Below, piece after piece: positions 39,792-52,381 of a stretch of DNA of 64,000 bases (positions are counted from its first letter, which is position 1; each line of letters opens with the position of its first letter). The stretch covers positions 166,820,706-166,884,705 of the forward strand of contig NC_068982.1 of assembly GCF_001194135.2 (NCBI RefSeq). Direction: 5' to 3'. The notes below the pieces were generated by a model. The model was not told where the DNA came from and did not search any database. It was given only the letters and a program-made list of their open reading frames with translations. The position numbers and the translations under genes were made by a program. This stretch comes from Octopus bimaculoides (Eukaryota).

Positions 39792-40185
39792 GGCGCAGGC
39801 GTGGCTGTGTGGTAAGTTTCCTTACTAACCACATGGTTCCGGGTTCAGTCTCACTGCTTGGCACTTTGGTCAAGTGTTTTCTACTATAGTTTCGGGCCGA
39901 CCATAGCCTTGTGAGTGAATTTAGTAAACGGGGACTGAAAAAAGCCCGCCCTATATATAAATGTGTGTGTGTGTCTTTGTGTCCGTGTTTGTCCTCTACG
40001 ACCGCTTGACAACTGGTGTTGGTGTGTTTACGCCCCCGTAGCTTAGCGTTTCGGCAAAAGAAACAGATAGAATAAGTACTAAGCTTGAAATAAATACTGG
40101 GGTTAATTCGTTTGGCTAAAATATTTCAAGGTGGTACCCCAGCATGGCCGCATTCTAATGACTGAAACAAGTGAGAGAAAAGAGG
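39792..40185 (+). mobile_element. Full-length SINE family A
   Basis: GGCGCAGGCGTGGCTGTGTGGTAAG through GACTGAAACAAGT; short internal TA/TG tract. Confidence 0.92.
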
Positions 40186-40323
40186 AAAGAAAAGGATAAT
40201 GCATTTCTGAGAACAATATTACGCAAATATTCAGCAGCTGACCAAAGATATCACCAAGTTATCACTTTTTTATGCAATATGGTGTTAAAAAAGCAATATA
40301 CAGTACTATACATAGGATAAATA

Positions 40324-40539
40324 CGAAGGGCTGCTGGAAGTTTCTGGCTTTGGGTAAAAGAAAATACAGGAGGATCAGTTAATTATGATTTATTCAATAT
40401 ATTCGCCCCCTCAGATTCACACACTTATTGCAGTGGTCTTTCAGTTCTTCTAAGCCCTGTAAAAGAACTCGGAAAGTTGGGCTTCCAACCAGGCCTTCCG
40501 CGATACCCTTAAAACAAAGAACTTTTCAGTACCCCGTTG
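40324..40539. mobile_element. Mariner-type MITE
   Basis: TA|CGAAGGGCTGCTGGAAGTTTCTGGCTTT ... AAAGAACTTTTCAGTACCCCGTTG|TA; imperfect mariner-like TIRs with TA TSD. Confidence 0.75.
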
Positions 40540-41163
40540 TATAAAAAATACTACTGACATAATATATTTCATTAATCAATTTTTTGTGAACTATTCTTAT
40601 CAAAATCCCCATTGTGCAAACACTAAACACAAATATGATTATCTAATACCGGGAAAATAATCAAATACTGTTTGGGAAGGACTTTCAAAGCGTATGCTTG
40701 ATTTTATAAAAGCACACAAAAGTGATGTATATTTGTACGTTGTCAGTAATGCATGTTTCATGTGGGATCTCAACCTGGCTGTATTTCTCTCTATCATGCT
40801 ATCTCTTTTTGTCTTCTTCTTTTCCTTCTTTCTTTGTCATTACATATTTTCAGGAGTCTGTACGCGCTATAATATAGGTCATTTCTGAAAATACTGAATG
40901 CTTGCGTTTGTATAAACAACAAGTATACACCCCCATTATTCAATTTTTTACTAGCCTCTTTAATAATGATAAAATGTTTCATCCTCGCCAAAACAACAGA
41001 CACCTTAAACACAAGATCAAAAACAATTTATAAGTGATGAGACAGATTAGATGAAAGTAAACACCCGAAAAACCAGATCTCTTTGCCACCATCGAGTGTG
41101 CAGAACAAAGCTGGAACAAACATCAAAATATTCAACCTATTTTTTTTCTTAACTAGGAGGGTA

Positions 41164-41361
41164 TTCTTTTATTCTTTTTACTTGTTTCAGTCATTTCACT
41201 TCGGCCATGCTGGAGCACCGCCTTGAAGTGTTTTTGTCGAGCAATTCGACCCCAGGACTTTTTAAGCTTAGTACTCGTTCTATTTGTCTCCTTGCCGAAC
41301 TAACAGTTGTCAAGCAATGATGGGGAGGACAAACACAGACACAAGGACACACACACATATG

Positions 41362-41406
<45 letters not shown>

Positions 41407-41706
41407 NNNNNNNNNNNNNNNNNNNNNNNNNNNNNNNNNNNNNNNNNNNNNNNNNNNNNNNNNNNNNNNNNNNNNNNNNNNNNNNNNNNNNNNNNNNNNN
41501 NNNNNNNNNNNNNNNNNNNNNNNNNNNNNNNNNNNNNNATATACGATGGCATTCTTTCAGTTTCTGTCCGCCAAATTCACTCACACGGCTTTGGTCGGCC
41601 CGAGGCTATAGTAGAAGACACTTAACCAAGGTACCACGCCGTGGGACTGAACCCGGAATAATGTGGTTGTGGGTCAAGCTTCTTACCACACAGCCACGCC
41701 TGCGCC
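41164..41706 (-). mobile_element. Full-length SINE family A with expanded internal (TA)n and gap
   Basis: Both halves are colinear with 39792-40185 across the 41407-41538 gap. Confidence 0.92.
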
Positions 41707-43635
41707 TATATCGAAAAACAAAATATTTTCCGATGTATCGTGAGATTTTAAATAGAAATTCAGTTAAGGTAAGCTACTACTGCTGTAACAATTTTAAAAG
41801 AGTCATTAACCATTGTAATTCGAAAAACCATTTCGACAATTGTCATATAACTTCATTACTCTAAATAATTGCTCCTTTAGCCATAATTGTCATTCAAAGC
41901 TCTAATATATTAACCTAAAATCCAACTACATAATAACAGCATACGCAGAACTTATATTACATTAATCAAGAATTACTCTAAAGCTCATTTTGTGTTCATA
42001 TTCGGATTCACGAAACCGAGAAGAAGCTTTTCCAAGTATATTTCATTTTTAGAAATCAGAGCTCGAGGGCGATAAAACTGCAAAGGTTAGTTATGGACTA
42101 CACTTCTCAATATGACCATAGCAAATTTCACTCGAATTTACACAGCAAATTCTTCTTCAATGAAAAATTATTTATACTATTTGAAGAAAAACTACGGATT
42201 AAACAAACGATCTGCTAATATAGACAATTATAGGCTTAAATCGTTTTCGAGGAATAATTCCGTAGTCCACATATTTCCAACAAGCGTTCGTTATGATATT
42301 TTATATTTTATATTGAATTTTTGGTAATTGTCCAAAGATCAGCAACAATAAACTCGTAGTAGTAGTAGTAGTAGTAGTTTGAGAAGTTTAAGATTCCAAT
42401 AAATGCCATAATTCTATTTTTAGTGTAACTTCTTTCTCTTGTTTAAACGTTTTATATACATATATGCACACACACACACACATATTATATATATACATAT
42501 ATATTATATAATACAATATATGTTATATGATACAATAGTGTATAAGAGCTTACATACGGAGAGGAGACCACCATGTGGATTCCTTATATGTTAGAGAGGG
42601 CAATCAAAACCCAAACTACAAAAGCGATATTCTTACATTGCACGTTGCCTTATTTGATCATTAATGGTGAAACAATTTTTACTCTGTATTTATATATATA
42701 TATATATATNNNNNNNNNNNNNNNNNNNNNNNNNNNNNNNNNNNNNNNNNNNNNNNNNNNNNNNNNNNNNNNNNNNNNNNNNNNNNNNNNNNNNNNNNNN
42801 NNNNNNNNNNNNNNNNNNNNNNNNNNNNNNNNNNNNNNNNNNNNNNNNNNNNNNNNNNNNNNNNNNNNNNNNNNNNNNNNNNNNNNNNNNNNNNNNNNNN
42901 NNNNNNNNNNNNNNNNNNNNNNNNNNNNNNNNNNNNNNNNNNNNNNNNNNNNNNNNNNNNNNNNNNNNNNNNNNNNNNNNNNNNNNNNNNNNNNNNNNNN
43001 NNNNNNNNNNNNNNNNNNNNNNNNNNNNNNNNNNNNNNNNNNNNNNNNNNNNNNNNNNNNNNNNNNNNNNNNNNNNNNNNNNNNNNNNNNNNNNNNNNNN
43101 NNNNNNNNNNNNNNNNNNNNNNNNNNNNNNNNNNNNNNNNNNTAAGGTGAAACAATAACAACAGAAACTTTCACTTCCTTCCTGATTGGGTGGTTCCTCT
43201 ATATTGATAATCTTGATGACTAAAGAAGGTCAATCCCACGCGAAGGAATGATGACAAAGAAGCGTTGGTGGTGGGTGTGGTTGTTTCTGTTGTTATTGTT
43301 TCACCTTACTTTCTTTACGTTTTGTTCGTTAATGAAAAACGCTCCAGTATTTTAATAATCTGAAGATAAACTGTCGGTGTTTCATAACTTTATAATAATG
43401 TTGAAATGTCGTCTGCTTGATAATCATCGGCATCGTGTATTGGTTTAGATCTATACTCATAATATAGTATTTTCCAAATACTAAATAGATTGATCCAATT
43501 CTATCTTTCACACGCTTTCTAGGTCTACATTTGCTGGAAAAGGCTTCCAAGATAGGTATATAATCAGCTTTATGGAGAGTTGTATCAGAGATGATGATGA
43601 AATCAAAGAGACTGATCTTTTTAGATTGTTTAAGA

Positions 43636-43819
43636 CTGGGGTTTCCAAAGTGGTCGATATCGACCCATGGAGGTCGATGGAACTATTCAAGGGGTCGATA
43701 AAAGCACATCTACTTAATTATTACTATTTATTTATTTTCTTGTACATGCCTGGGGGGTCGATGAGGGGGTCAAGGATTCCATGAGGGGGTCGATGGTCTA
43801 AAGAGTTTGGGGACCCCTG
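43636..43819. mobile_element. hAT (Charlie-like) MITE
   Basis: C(T)GGGGTTTCCAAAGT ... AGTTTGGGGACCCCTG; 8-bp TSD GTTTAAGA/GTTTAAGG (43628-43635, 43820-43827); internal GG(G/A)GGTCGAT repeats. Confidence 0.88.
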
Positions 43820-45400
43820 GTTTAAGGGATGTTGGTCTTCTTGATATTTTTTGAGACTAAAGCGAGTATATGTGCCGAAGTTGTTGACAGATTGTTAAGC
43901 TTCCGATGTGAGTGACAGAGAGTTGACTGTCTGAAATGCGTTGGATGGTGGCATGTCGATGTAATCGAAATCTGGCTGTTTTATAGCCCACTTTCAAAAC
44001 AGCTTATGGCTTTAGCATCTGGATTGTCCGAATGAAATTTTAAAAATGATTGCAAATAAGCATAGAGAGAAGAGGGTGGATGTGAATATGCATCTCTGCT
44101 TCAAAACCAAGCCATATGTAATCAGTAACTGTTGAAAAAGTTTGCTTTGATGCAAACACACAACCCGGCATACCGTTGTGGACTGATTGAACTATGTCAC
44201 ACACACACGCACACACACAAAGACACACACACACACACACACACACACACANNNNNNNNNNNNNNNNNNNNNNNNNNNNNNNNNNNNNNNNNNNNNNNNN
44301 NNNNNNNNNNNNNNNNNNNNNNNNNNNNNNNNNNNNNNNNNNNNNNNNNNNNNNNNNNNNNNNNNNNNNNNNNNNNNNNNNNNNNNNNNNNNNNNNNNNN
44401 NNNNNNNNNNNNNNNNNNNNNNNNNNNNNNNNNNNNNNNNNNNNNNNNNNNNNNNNNNNNNNNNNNNNNNNNNNNNNNNNNNNNNNNNNNNNNNNNNNNN
44501 NNNNNNNNNNNNNNNNNNNNNNNNNNNNNNNNNNNNNNNNNNNNNNNNNNNNNNNNNNNNNNNNNNNNNNNNNNNNNNNNNNNNNNNNNNNNNNNNNNNN
44601 NNNNNNNNNNNNNNNNNNNNNNNNNNNNNNNNNNNNNNNNNNNNNNNNNNNNNNNNNNNNNNNNNNNNNNNNNNNNNNNNNNNNNNNNNNNNNNNNNNNN
44701 NNNNNNNNNNNNNNNNNNNNNNNNNNNNNNNNNNNNNNNNNNNNNNNNNNNNNNNNNNNNNNNNNNNNNNNNNNNNNNNNNNNNNNNNNNNNNNNNNNNN
44801 NNNNNNNNNNNNNNNNNNNNNNNNNNNNNNNNNNNNNNNNNNNNNNNNNNNNNNNNNNNNNNNNNNNNNNNNNNNNNNNNNNNNNNNNNNNNNNNNNNNN
44901 NNNNNNNNNNNNNNNNNNNNNNNNNNNNNNNNNNNNNNNNNNNNNNNNNNNNNNNNNNNNNNNNNNNNNNNNNNNNNNNNNNNNNNNNNNNNNNNNNNNN
45001 NNNNNNNNNNNNNNNNNNNNNNNNNNNNNNNNNNNNNNNNNNNNNNNNNNNNNNNNNNNNNNNNNNNNNNNNNNNNNNNNNNNNNNNNNNNNNNNNNNNN
45101 NNNNNNNNNNNNNNNNNNNNNNNNNNNNTATATATATTGTTTCGAATTTGTGTGAATATGTATAGAATATATGCTCATAACGTTAAATTAGCGTTTTCAT
45201 ACATAGTGTAATCATCAGATTTCAAATGTGTGTTTAACTGACAGTCGAGTTCTTGACATCTGTAGTACCTCTTAGAACGCTCCAGCAAGCTGAATTTTTA
45301 GAATACAATTTTGACCAACCCGCATGCAGCTTAAACATCATGGTTTTTAACTTTATTCAACTGAGCTATCTATAAATATGGCCTGGCTCTCCATCTAAGT

Positions 45401-45580
45401 GTTCCAGTTGATCCGACCAGTCGAACAGTCCGCTCGTAAAATTAATGTGTACGGGGCTGAGCAGTCCACAGACACGCGTGTCCTTGACGTAGTTCTCAAG
45501 GAGATTCAGCATGACACAGAATGTGACAAGGCTGACACTTTGAAATACAGATACAACTCATCTTTTGCCAGCTGAGTGGA
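45401..45580 (-). mobile_element. SINE fragment, body D + tail 1
   Basis: Reverse complement CCACTCAGCTGGCAAAAGATGAGT joined to CTGTATTTCAAAG..CAGCCTTGTCACA...GGATCAACTGGAAC. Confidence 0.85.
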
Positions 45581-46009
45581 TTGACTGCATATCCATTGAA
45601 AGTCAAGGCTACGAGAATAAACCTTGAGGATAAGTCCAGTGTCGGAGCCTGTAAGTCACTTCGTTGCTACTTACTTCCTCGTTCTTATAGTTCTCGGGAC
45701 GATGCTGGTATGAACTGTGACAGCTTTACTCTTCTTTCAGACTCAACGGTGTCATGGAGAATAGAGGCAAAAGTTTACTCTCCGAAATACCGCTCAAGCA
45801 CGCATCCTGTTTTACACCTATATAAATACTCATATCTACACCAGCGATCTGTAGAAGACGCTCCAATTTTGCTGGTCGTGTTGACACCATACGGCGGGTG
45901 GCTCTAGTTATCAATAGATTAGCGTACAGCTTAACGGCACGGATTATCCCTAGCAGTGGGAGGGATTTTCGGATCCCACAAAACGACTACAACCTGCCTC
46001 AAGCTAAGG

Positions 46010-47190
46010 AACCCTTAGCCAATTAAGTACTGTCTCGCAACAATCTTCTATCCCTTCTAAGGTGCATGGGAAATAGGAACTATCCAAACAGCAGATCGAA
46101 AACAAAAACCATCGCACCAAAACAACAAAAGAGACCAATTCTAAAACTGTTGAAATGTCCGGAAAATGATGACTGGCCGCTCTGAAAACCTCCAGAATAT
46201 CAACTTCTCAAAGAAATCGCCTGTCATGAATAACGCGATCAAAAGATTCACCGTGGACGTAACAGTCTTTCAGAAAACGTGGTTGTCAGCTTGGACGCAT
46301 TAAAAAAGAAGGGTTGGGAACAGTTATCCCCTTGTACGTCGTTCTCATTAACATTATAAATGTGTACAACAAAGACTGCCTTTTTAAGGTTTTTGTTAAA
46401 ATCAACTTTCCACATAAAACTGCAAAAACATGACAAAATCTTTCGATATCAACAGGAAAGGAGCGATGAAACTCAATGGTAGCTCTTTTAGGTTCTTCAA
46501 CATTTGTAACGGTGTCAAATAAGGTTGTGTGTTCGCACCTGTACTCTTCGGAATCTTCTTCGTTGTGTATCTTAACAGAGGGGACCTACTTGCGCACTAG
46601 AACAGACAGCAAGATCACCAGGCTATCTTGTTTCAGAACGTAGACAAAATTATGTTTTGTTCTCATCAGGGACATGCTGCTTGCTGATGATGCAGTAGCT
46701 ATAGCTTACGCCTATCAGGAACTTCAGTCGGTGATGGCTCATTTTCTCTCACGCTTATATGCATTTCGAACTGAGAGAAGAAACAAAAATGACAGTCCTG
46801 GGACTTCTGACTCTCAGTGAAACATGTGAAGACTGAACACCTTCCATTTGAGAAGTATTCGCTGTATCATGAAGCTAACCCGGTAACACAAATTGTTCAA
46901 AGCAACATACTACGCTTGATATTTCAATATGTACATTCAGCTGAAATAGTGAAAACTGCGCTGGAGAGATCGTGTCTAGCGCATGGAGAAATCACGTCTA
47001 GCCTCCCAGAGCATATCATCTATGGAGAACTGGCATTCGGGAAGGGCCGTTTAAAGGACGGGCATGAAAGCACATGATACCAATACGGAATCCCGGGAGA
47101 TCCCCGCAGATAGGGAGACAAGGTGATGCTCAGAACTGGTATCTCAAAACAAGAAATAATGCTGGTGGACAGCTGCAGCCTAAGAAAGGG
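46010..47190 (+). mobile_element. RTE-clade LINE reverse-transcriptase remnant with internal deletions
   Basis: MTKSFDINR, ICNGVK*GCVFAPVLFGIFF, IRDMLLADDA, LRWRDRV*RME and LPEHIIYGELAFGK correspond to RT motifs KAFD, GVKQGC, FADD and RLRW...IFYGEL. Confidence 0.9.
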
Positions 47191-47191
47191 T

Positions 47192-47246
<55 letters not shown>

Positions 47247-48024
47247 NNNNNNNNNNNNNNNNNNNNNNNNNNNNNNNNNNNNNNNNNNNNNNNNNNNNNN
47301 NNNNNNNNNNNNNNNNNNNNNNNNNNNNNNNNNNNNNNNNNNNNNNNNNNNNNNNNNNNNNNNNNNNNNNNNNNNNNNNNNNNNNNNNNNNNNNNNNNNN
47401 NNNNNNNNNNNNNNNNNNNNNNNNNNNNNNNNNNNNNNNNNNNNNNNNNNNNNNNNNNNNNNNNNNNNNNNNNNNNNNNNNNNNNNNNNNNNNNNNNNNN
47501 NNNNNNNNNNNNNNNNNNNNNNNNNNNNNNNNNNNNNNNNNNNNNNNNNNNNNNNNNNNNNNNNNNNNNNNNNNNNNNNNNNNNNNNNNNNNNNNNNNNN
47601 NNNNNNNNNNNNNNNNNNNNNNNNNNNNNNNNNNNNNNNNNNNNNNNNNNNNNNNNNNNNNNNNNNNNNNNNNNNNNNNNNNNNNNNNNNNNNNNNNNNN
47701 NNNNNNNNNNNNNNNNNNNNNNNNNNNNNNNNNNNNNNNNNNNNNNNNNNNNNNNNNNNNNNNNNNNNNNNNNNNNNNNNNNNNNNNNNNNNNNNNNNNN
47801 NNNNNNNNNNNNNNNNNNNNNNNNNNNNNNNNNNNNNNNNNNNNNNNNNNNNNNNNNNNNNNNNNNNNNNNNNNNNNNNNNNNNNNNNNNNNNNNNNNNN
47901 NNNNNNNNNNNNNNNNNNNNNNNNNNNNNNNNNNNNNNNNNNNNNNNNNNNNNNNNNNNNNNNNNNNNNNNNNNNNNNNNNNNNNNNNNNNNNNTGTGTG
48001 TGTGTGTGTGTGTGTGTGCGTGCG

Positions 48025-48058
<34 letters not shown>

Positions 48059-48458
48059 GTAGAGCAGGAACTGTTGCTTGCATATGCGAGAATACACACG
48101 CACGCACACACATACATGCACAACACGCACGCACGCACACATGCACGCACGCACACAGGAACGCATAAACGCACGCATACACGCATATATATACATTTAA
48201 CACACATTTTCTGCGCGCGCGCGTTTACGTACGTACGTGTGTGTGTGTGTGTGTACGTAAGTGTGTTCAGATTGTGAAAGAACCAATGTACACACACACA
48301 TACAGACACTCGAATACTATATACACTTTTCTACGAAAGTGCACGCTGGCCCCACCCCTCTACCCGTACCCCACCCACGCACACATTGTATTTTGTATCC
48401 TCCTACAAAATACAATGTTGTTGATTTAAGTAGGTGGGTATACATATANNNNNNNNNN

Positions 48459-48504
<46 letters not shown>

Positions 48505-49798
48505 TCCTCTCATACACTCATCAGAAGTCAGTTTGGCAACTCTATCGGCAAACACAAGACGTTATTACATGTACACTTTGTCACTTCACTTTTATCTGCT
48601 CCCAACATACAAAGCTTCATAAAAACAAAACAAAACGAAAAATAATAAGAACAATAACTGCAGCAAATCCTTCATTCACAAAATACACCAGAGTACTTAC
48701 TTACTGCTACTACTACTTCTACAACTACTTCTACAGGTGATGGTATTATAAAGAGAATCAGTGAATAGAATTGAAAAGTAATTTATAATTTAGGAATTGT
48801 TACAATTACTGTTGTTGTTGTTATTGCTGTTGTTGAGTTTATAGTTGTTGCTTGTTGCTTCTAAATAATTTTAATAATTTTTGTTATTGTTATATTTATT
48901 TTTATTCGAAAGGAAAATTGTTATTGTTGCTGTTCTTATTACTTAGTTTTGTCCTCTTTTTTTATTATATTTTTAAAATGTTATTGTGTCTTGGAATGAA
49001 AAAAACCATAGAACTAAATCTAAATTTGATATTCAATCTTTAACTAAGAGAGACAGAGGAATAGAGAGGGGAAAACAGAAATAGAGGCAGAAAGAGAAAA
49101 AAAAACAAGAAAGAAGAAAGAAAGTGAAAATTTAGAGTGTGGGATTGATTATAATAAGAGAGAAATTCTGAAATTCTTTGGCTTAATTCCTAAACCATCG
49201 GGAAATACCAGGAAGGAAAAAAATATTAAATATAGGACCAAAGTCAAGACGAGAGTGGCAGTAGCAGCAACAGGAACATAAATAACAAGAACAACAACAA
49301 CAACAACAACAACCACTAGATTTTGCTCTTTGCTAAAAAAAAAAAAGATAAGAAAAAATATCCACGAAACATTGGCTGTCTTGGGATTCTCTACCAAAAA
49401 CACTAACACCAACACCTGCTGATTCTGTTATTATTTATTAGTTTTATTATTATTATTAATATCCGCATCATCAGTAGCAGCATCAGCATCTTCGTTATTA
49501 TTATTATTGCCTATATTTAGTCGTCCTGCAGTTGCTTTATAATATTTCTCACTTTGGGAGACAAGTTACAACTGCAACAAAAACAACAGCTGCAAACGGC
49601 AACAGCAGCAGCAGCAAAAACAAACCACAACAACGATTACAACAGCCCGAAACAGTTCATACATGCGAGCACTAATAACATAATTTATAATAATACTAAT
49701 GGTAACTATAACAATTAAATAATATTTTATAAATAGATATATAAAAACGAGGGAAGTTCCTGAAAAATAGTGCTGAGCGAAGCAAAGTTCTTAGGATT

Positions 49799-50090
49799 AT
49801 GGCTGAGAAAAGGGAAATTCTTCTGCATTTAACACGAATAATCTGTGCACTTTTCTGCTTCCATGTGGCAACGTTAAGGAATTTGGCCACTGGTTATCGT
49901 TCCGGAGATGTGAGATTATCCGGTGGCAATGATAAATATGAAGGCTCAGTGCTGGTTTACTCTCGTGGACACTGGAAAACTGTGTGCGGTTTGGAATGGA
50001 ATATTTACGATGCCACCGTTCTATGCCGACAACTCGGTTTCAGAGGTTTACGTCGGCATTTACGCCATAGTAAATTTGGAGAAGGCAGTA
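49799..50090 (+). CDS. Probable first coding exon of a secreted or membrane SRCR-domain protein (group A scavenger receptor cysteine-rich)
   Basis: ATG with A at -3 and G at +4, in-frame TAA upstream at 49742; hydrophobic leader MAEKREILLHLTRIICALFCFHVATLRNLATG; VRLSGG..EGSVLVY..GHWKTVC..EW...DATVLCRQLGF...FGEGS; phase-1 donor A|GTAAGT at 50090/50091. Confidence 0.9.
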
Positions 50091-51057
50091 GTAAGTATTT
50101 TATTTATTTATTTATTTAAATATTTGTTTATTGATCAGTTTTTATTTCTTCATATAGAATTTTCGTTTGATTTTGAATTAGGAAGGAATCTGAGTTCGAT
50201 TGGAGCCAATAGTGTCAGGTTGGATCTGATGAAAGCGGCCGGGGTTATGGCGGGTATTAGAATTGGGGTAACCTCATTCTCTCGGCTTTTCTTTTCTTTT
50301 TTTTTCTTTTTGCGTGATATTGCTTTTTTTTATTTAAAAAAAAAATGCATTCATTTTATTGTTGATTAAATTTTGATTTTCTTTTTCTGTGCTCGAATTT
50401 ATGTCGGACCGGTATTGATTTAGCTTTCATTTCTGCAAGATCAATAGAAAAAAAACGAGTATCGGTAAAATAAGCGAGTCTGAATAACGATTGACTGACC
50501 CCCTGTTGTGGTCTCTTGACTGGGTGCCTACAAAATTATTTTCACTTACAGTTATAAAAAGTGCTTCTATGTGGTTTGTCTACCTGCTAGAAATAACAGC
50601 CAACTCACCCTAACACAATACTCAACTATTTAAAAATAAAAAAACATGGATGAAACAGTTTCTGACATGAAGATGACATGAAGACGGGATGACTACGGTT
50701 GGAACGCCTTTGCTTACTCAGAACTGTCTTGGATCTAAATATCAACACAAACATTATGTCACATATACACAAGGCTAATTATATACACTCTTACAGACAC
50801 AAAAGTACATGAACTCATAGACATTCATATACATCCGTAAATTGCGAAAACTTGCATATATGCACATAGGTGCAGACATTTATGCACACATGTGGCTGTA
50901 TACGCATGCATATAAACACACCCACGCGCCAACAGAGATGCGGGTATGCCTACGATTGTGTGCTAGCATGTTAAACTAAACTTATCCAGGCAAAAACCTC
51001 ACTCAAGTACACACATAATGTGAAACATACACAAACACTGAAACACTCAAACGCACG

Positions 51058-51104
<47 letters not shown>

Positions 51105-51507
51105 CTACATTCAAACTAACAGGTAAAATGTCCCCATACACTAGCGTGGATAGGGAACTCGGGACCCATTTAGTAATATCTGTGAAAAATATTGTTGTAC
51201 AGTTGACGCTGCTTTTTATAAAGATGGAAAATGTTAGCTATCAGTTATCGAAATTAATACATCCCACACGCGCTCAATGTATTGTTATATCATCTACTTA
51301 AAGTTATCAGTCGGTTTTTGCCATTTGAAAGGCTCTATATCAAAGTGATAATAAGCAATTTCCATTATATCACAAAACTCAACGGATGCAAAGCGTTGTT
51401 TTCATTCATATATTTATTAGATAACACACTCCGAAATGCGCGCACACACAAACACACACACTAACACGCACACAAATACATATTCGGCCACGTTTAGGCA
51501 GTATGTG

Positions 51508-51589
<82 letters not shown>

Positions 51590-51748
51590 AACATACATTC
51601 CAACACACAAATATGTGTGCGTGCGTGCGTGCATGTATGCTTGTATTTATTTATTTATTTTTCTTTTTGTGGGGCAACTTTNNNNNNNNNNNNNNNNNNN
51701 NNNNNNNNNNNNNNNNNNNNNNNNNNNNNNNNNNNNNNNNNNNNNNNN

Positions 51749-51781
<33 letters not shown>

Positions 51782-52029
51782 GTATCCAGCACAACACATG
51801 CACCGACACATAAATAACTTACTACACATTAAGCAGAGACAGTAAAAGCGGGAGAAAGAAAGTGAATGAGATGCGCAGTCAGACAGGCAGACATGCATAT
51901 ATAACTCATTTGCATATATGAATTATGTAGTATATTTTTTTATATATGCATAAAATTTAATATATGTGCGTGTATAAATATGTACGTGTGTGTGTGTTTG
52001 TGTGTGTGTGTGGGGGGGGGGCTGGCTAT

Positions 52030-52295
52030 CTGTCGGATAGACGACGCGTATTCCAGTTGACCCGATCAACCGAATAGTCAGCTCGTGAAATTAACATGCA
52101 AAGGGTGAGTACTGCACAAACGGGTATCATTAACGTAGTTCTCAAGGAGATTCAGTGTGACACAGAATGTGACAAGACTAATCCTTTGAAATACAGGTAC
52201 CACTCATTTTTGCCAGCTGAGTGGACTGCAGTAACTTGAAATAATTGTGTCTTGCTCAAATACCGAACACACCACCGGGTATCGAATTCACGACC
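52030..52295 (-). mobile_element. tRNA-derived SINE, head/body D + tail 1
   Basis: Reverse complement: B box GTGAATTCGATACCC, TTGAGCAAGACAC, CCACTCAGCTGGCAAAAATGAGT, then tail 1 as in 26892. Confidence 0.85.
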
Positions 52296-52314
52296 TTAAG
52301 ATCTGACAGAGCTT

Positions 52315-52381
<67 letters not shown>

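Noticed and set aside
48205-48250. (CG)n run as CpG island or NRF1 site
   Set aside because: Short and embedded in decayed (CA)/(TG) repeats; such runs recur throughout the window.
49540-49680. CAG/CAA-rich stretch as an upstream poly-Gln exon of the SRCR gene
   Set aside because: An in-frame stop lies before the ATG and the signal peptide starts at 49799; more consistent with 5' UTR or flank.
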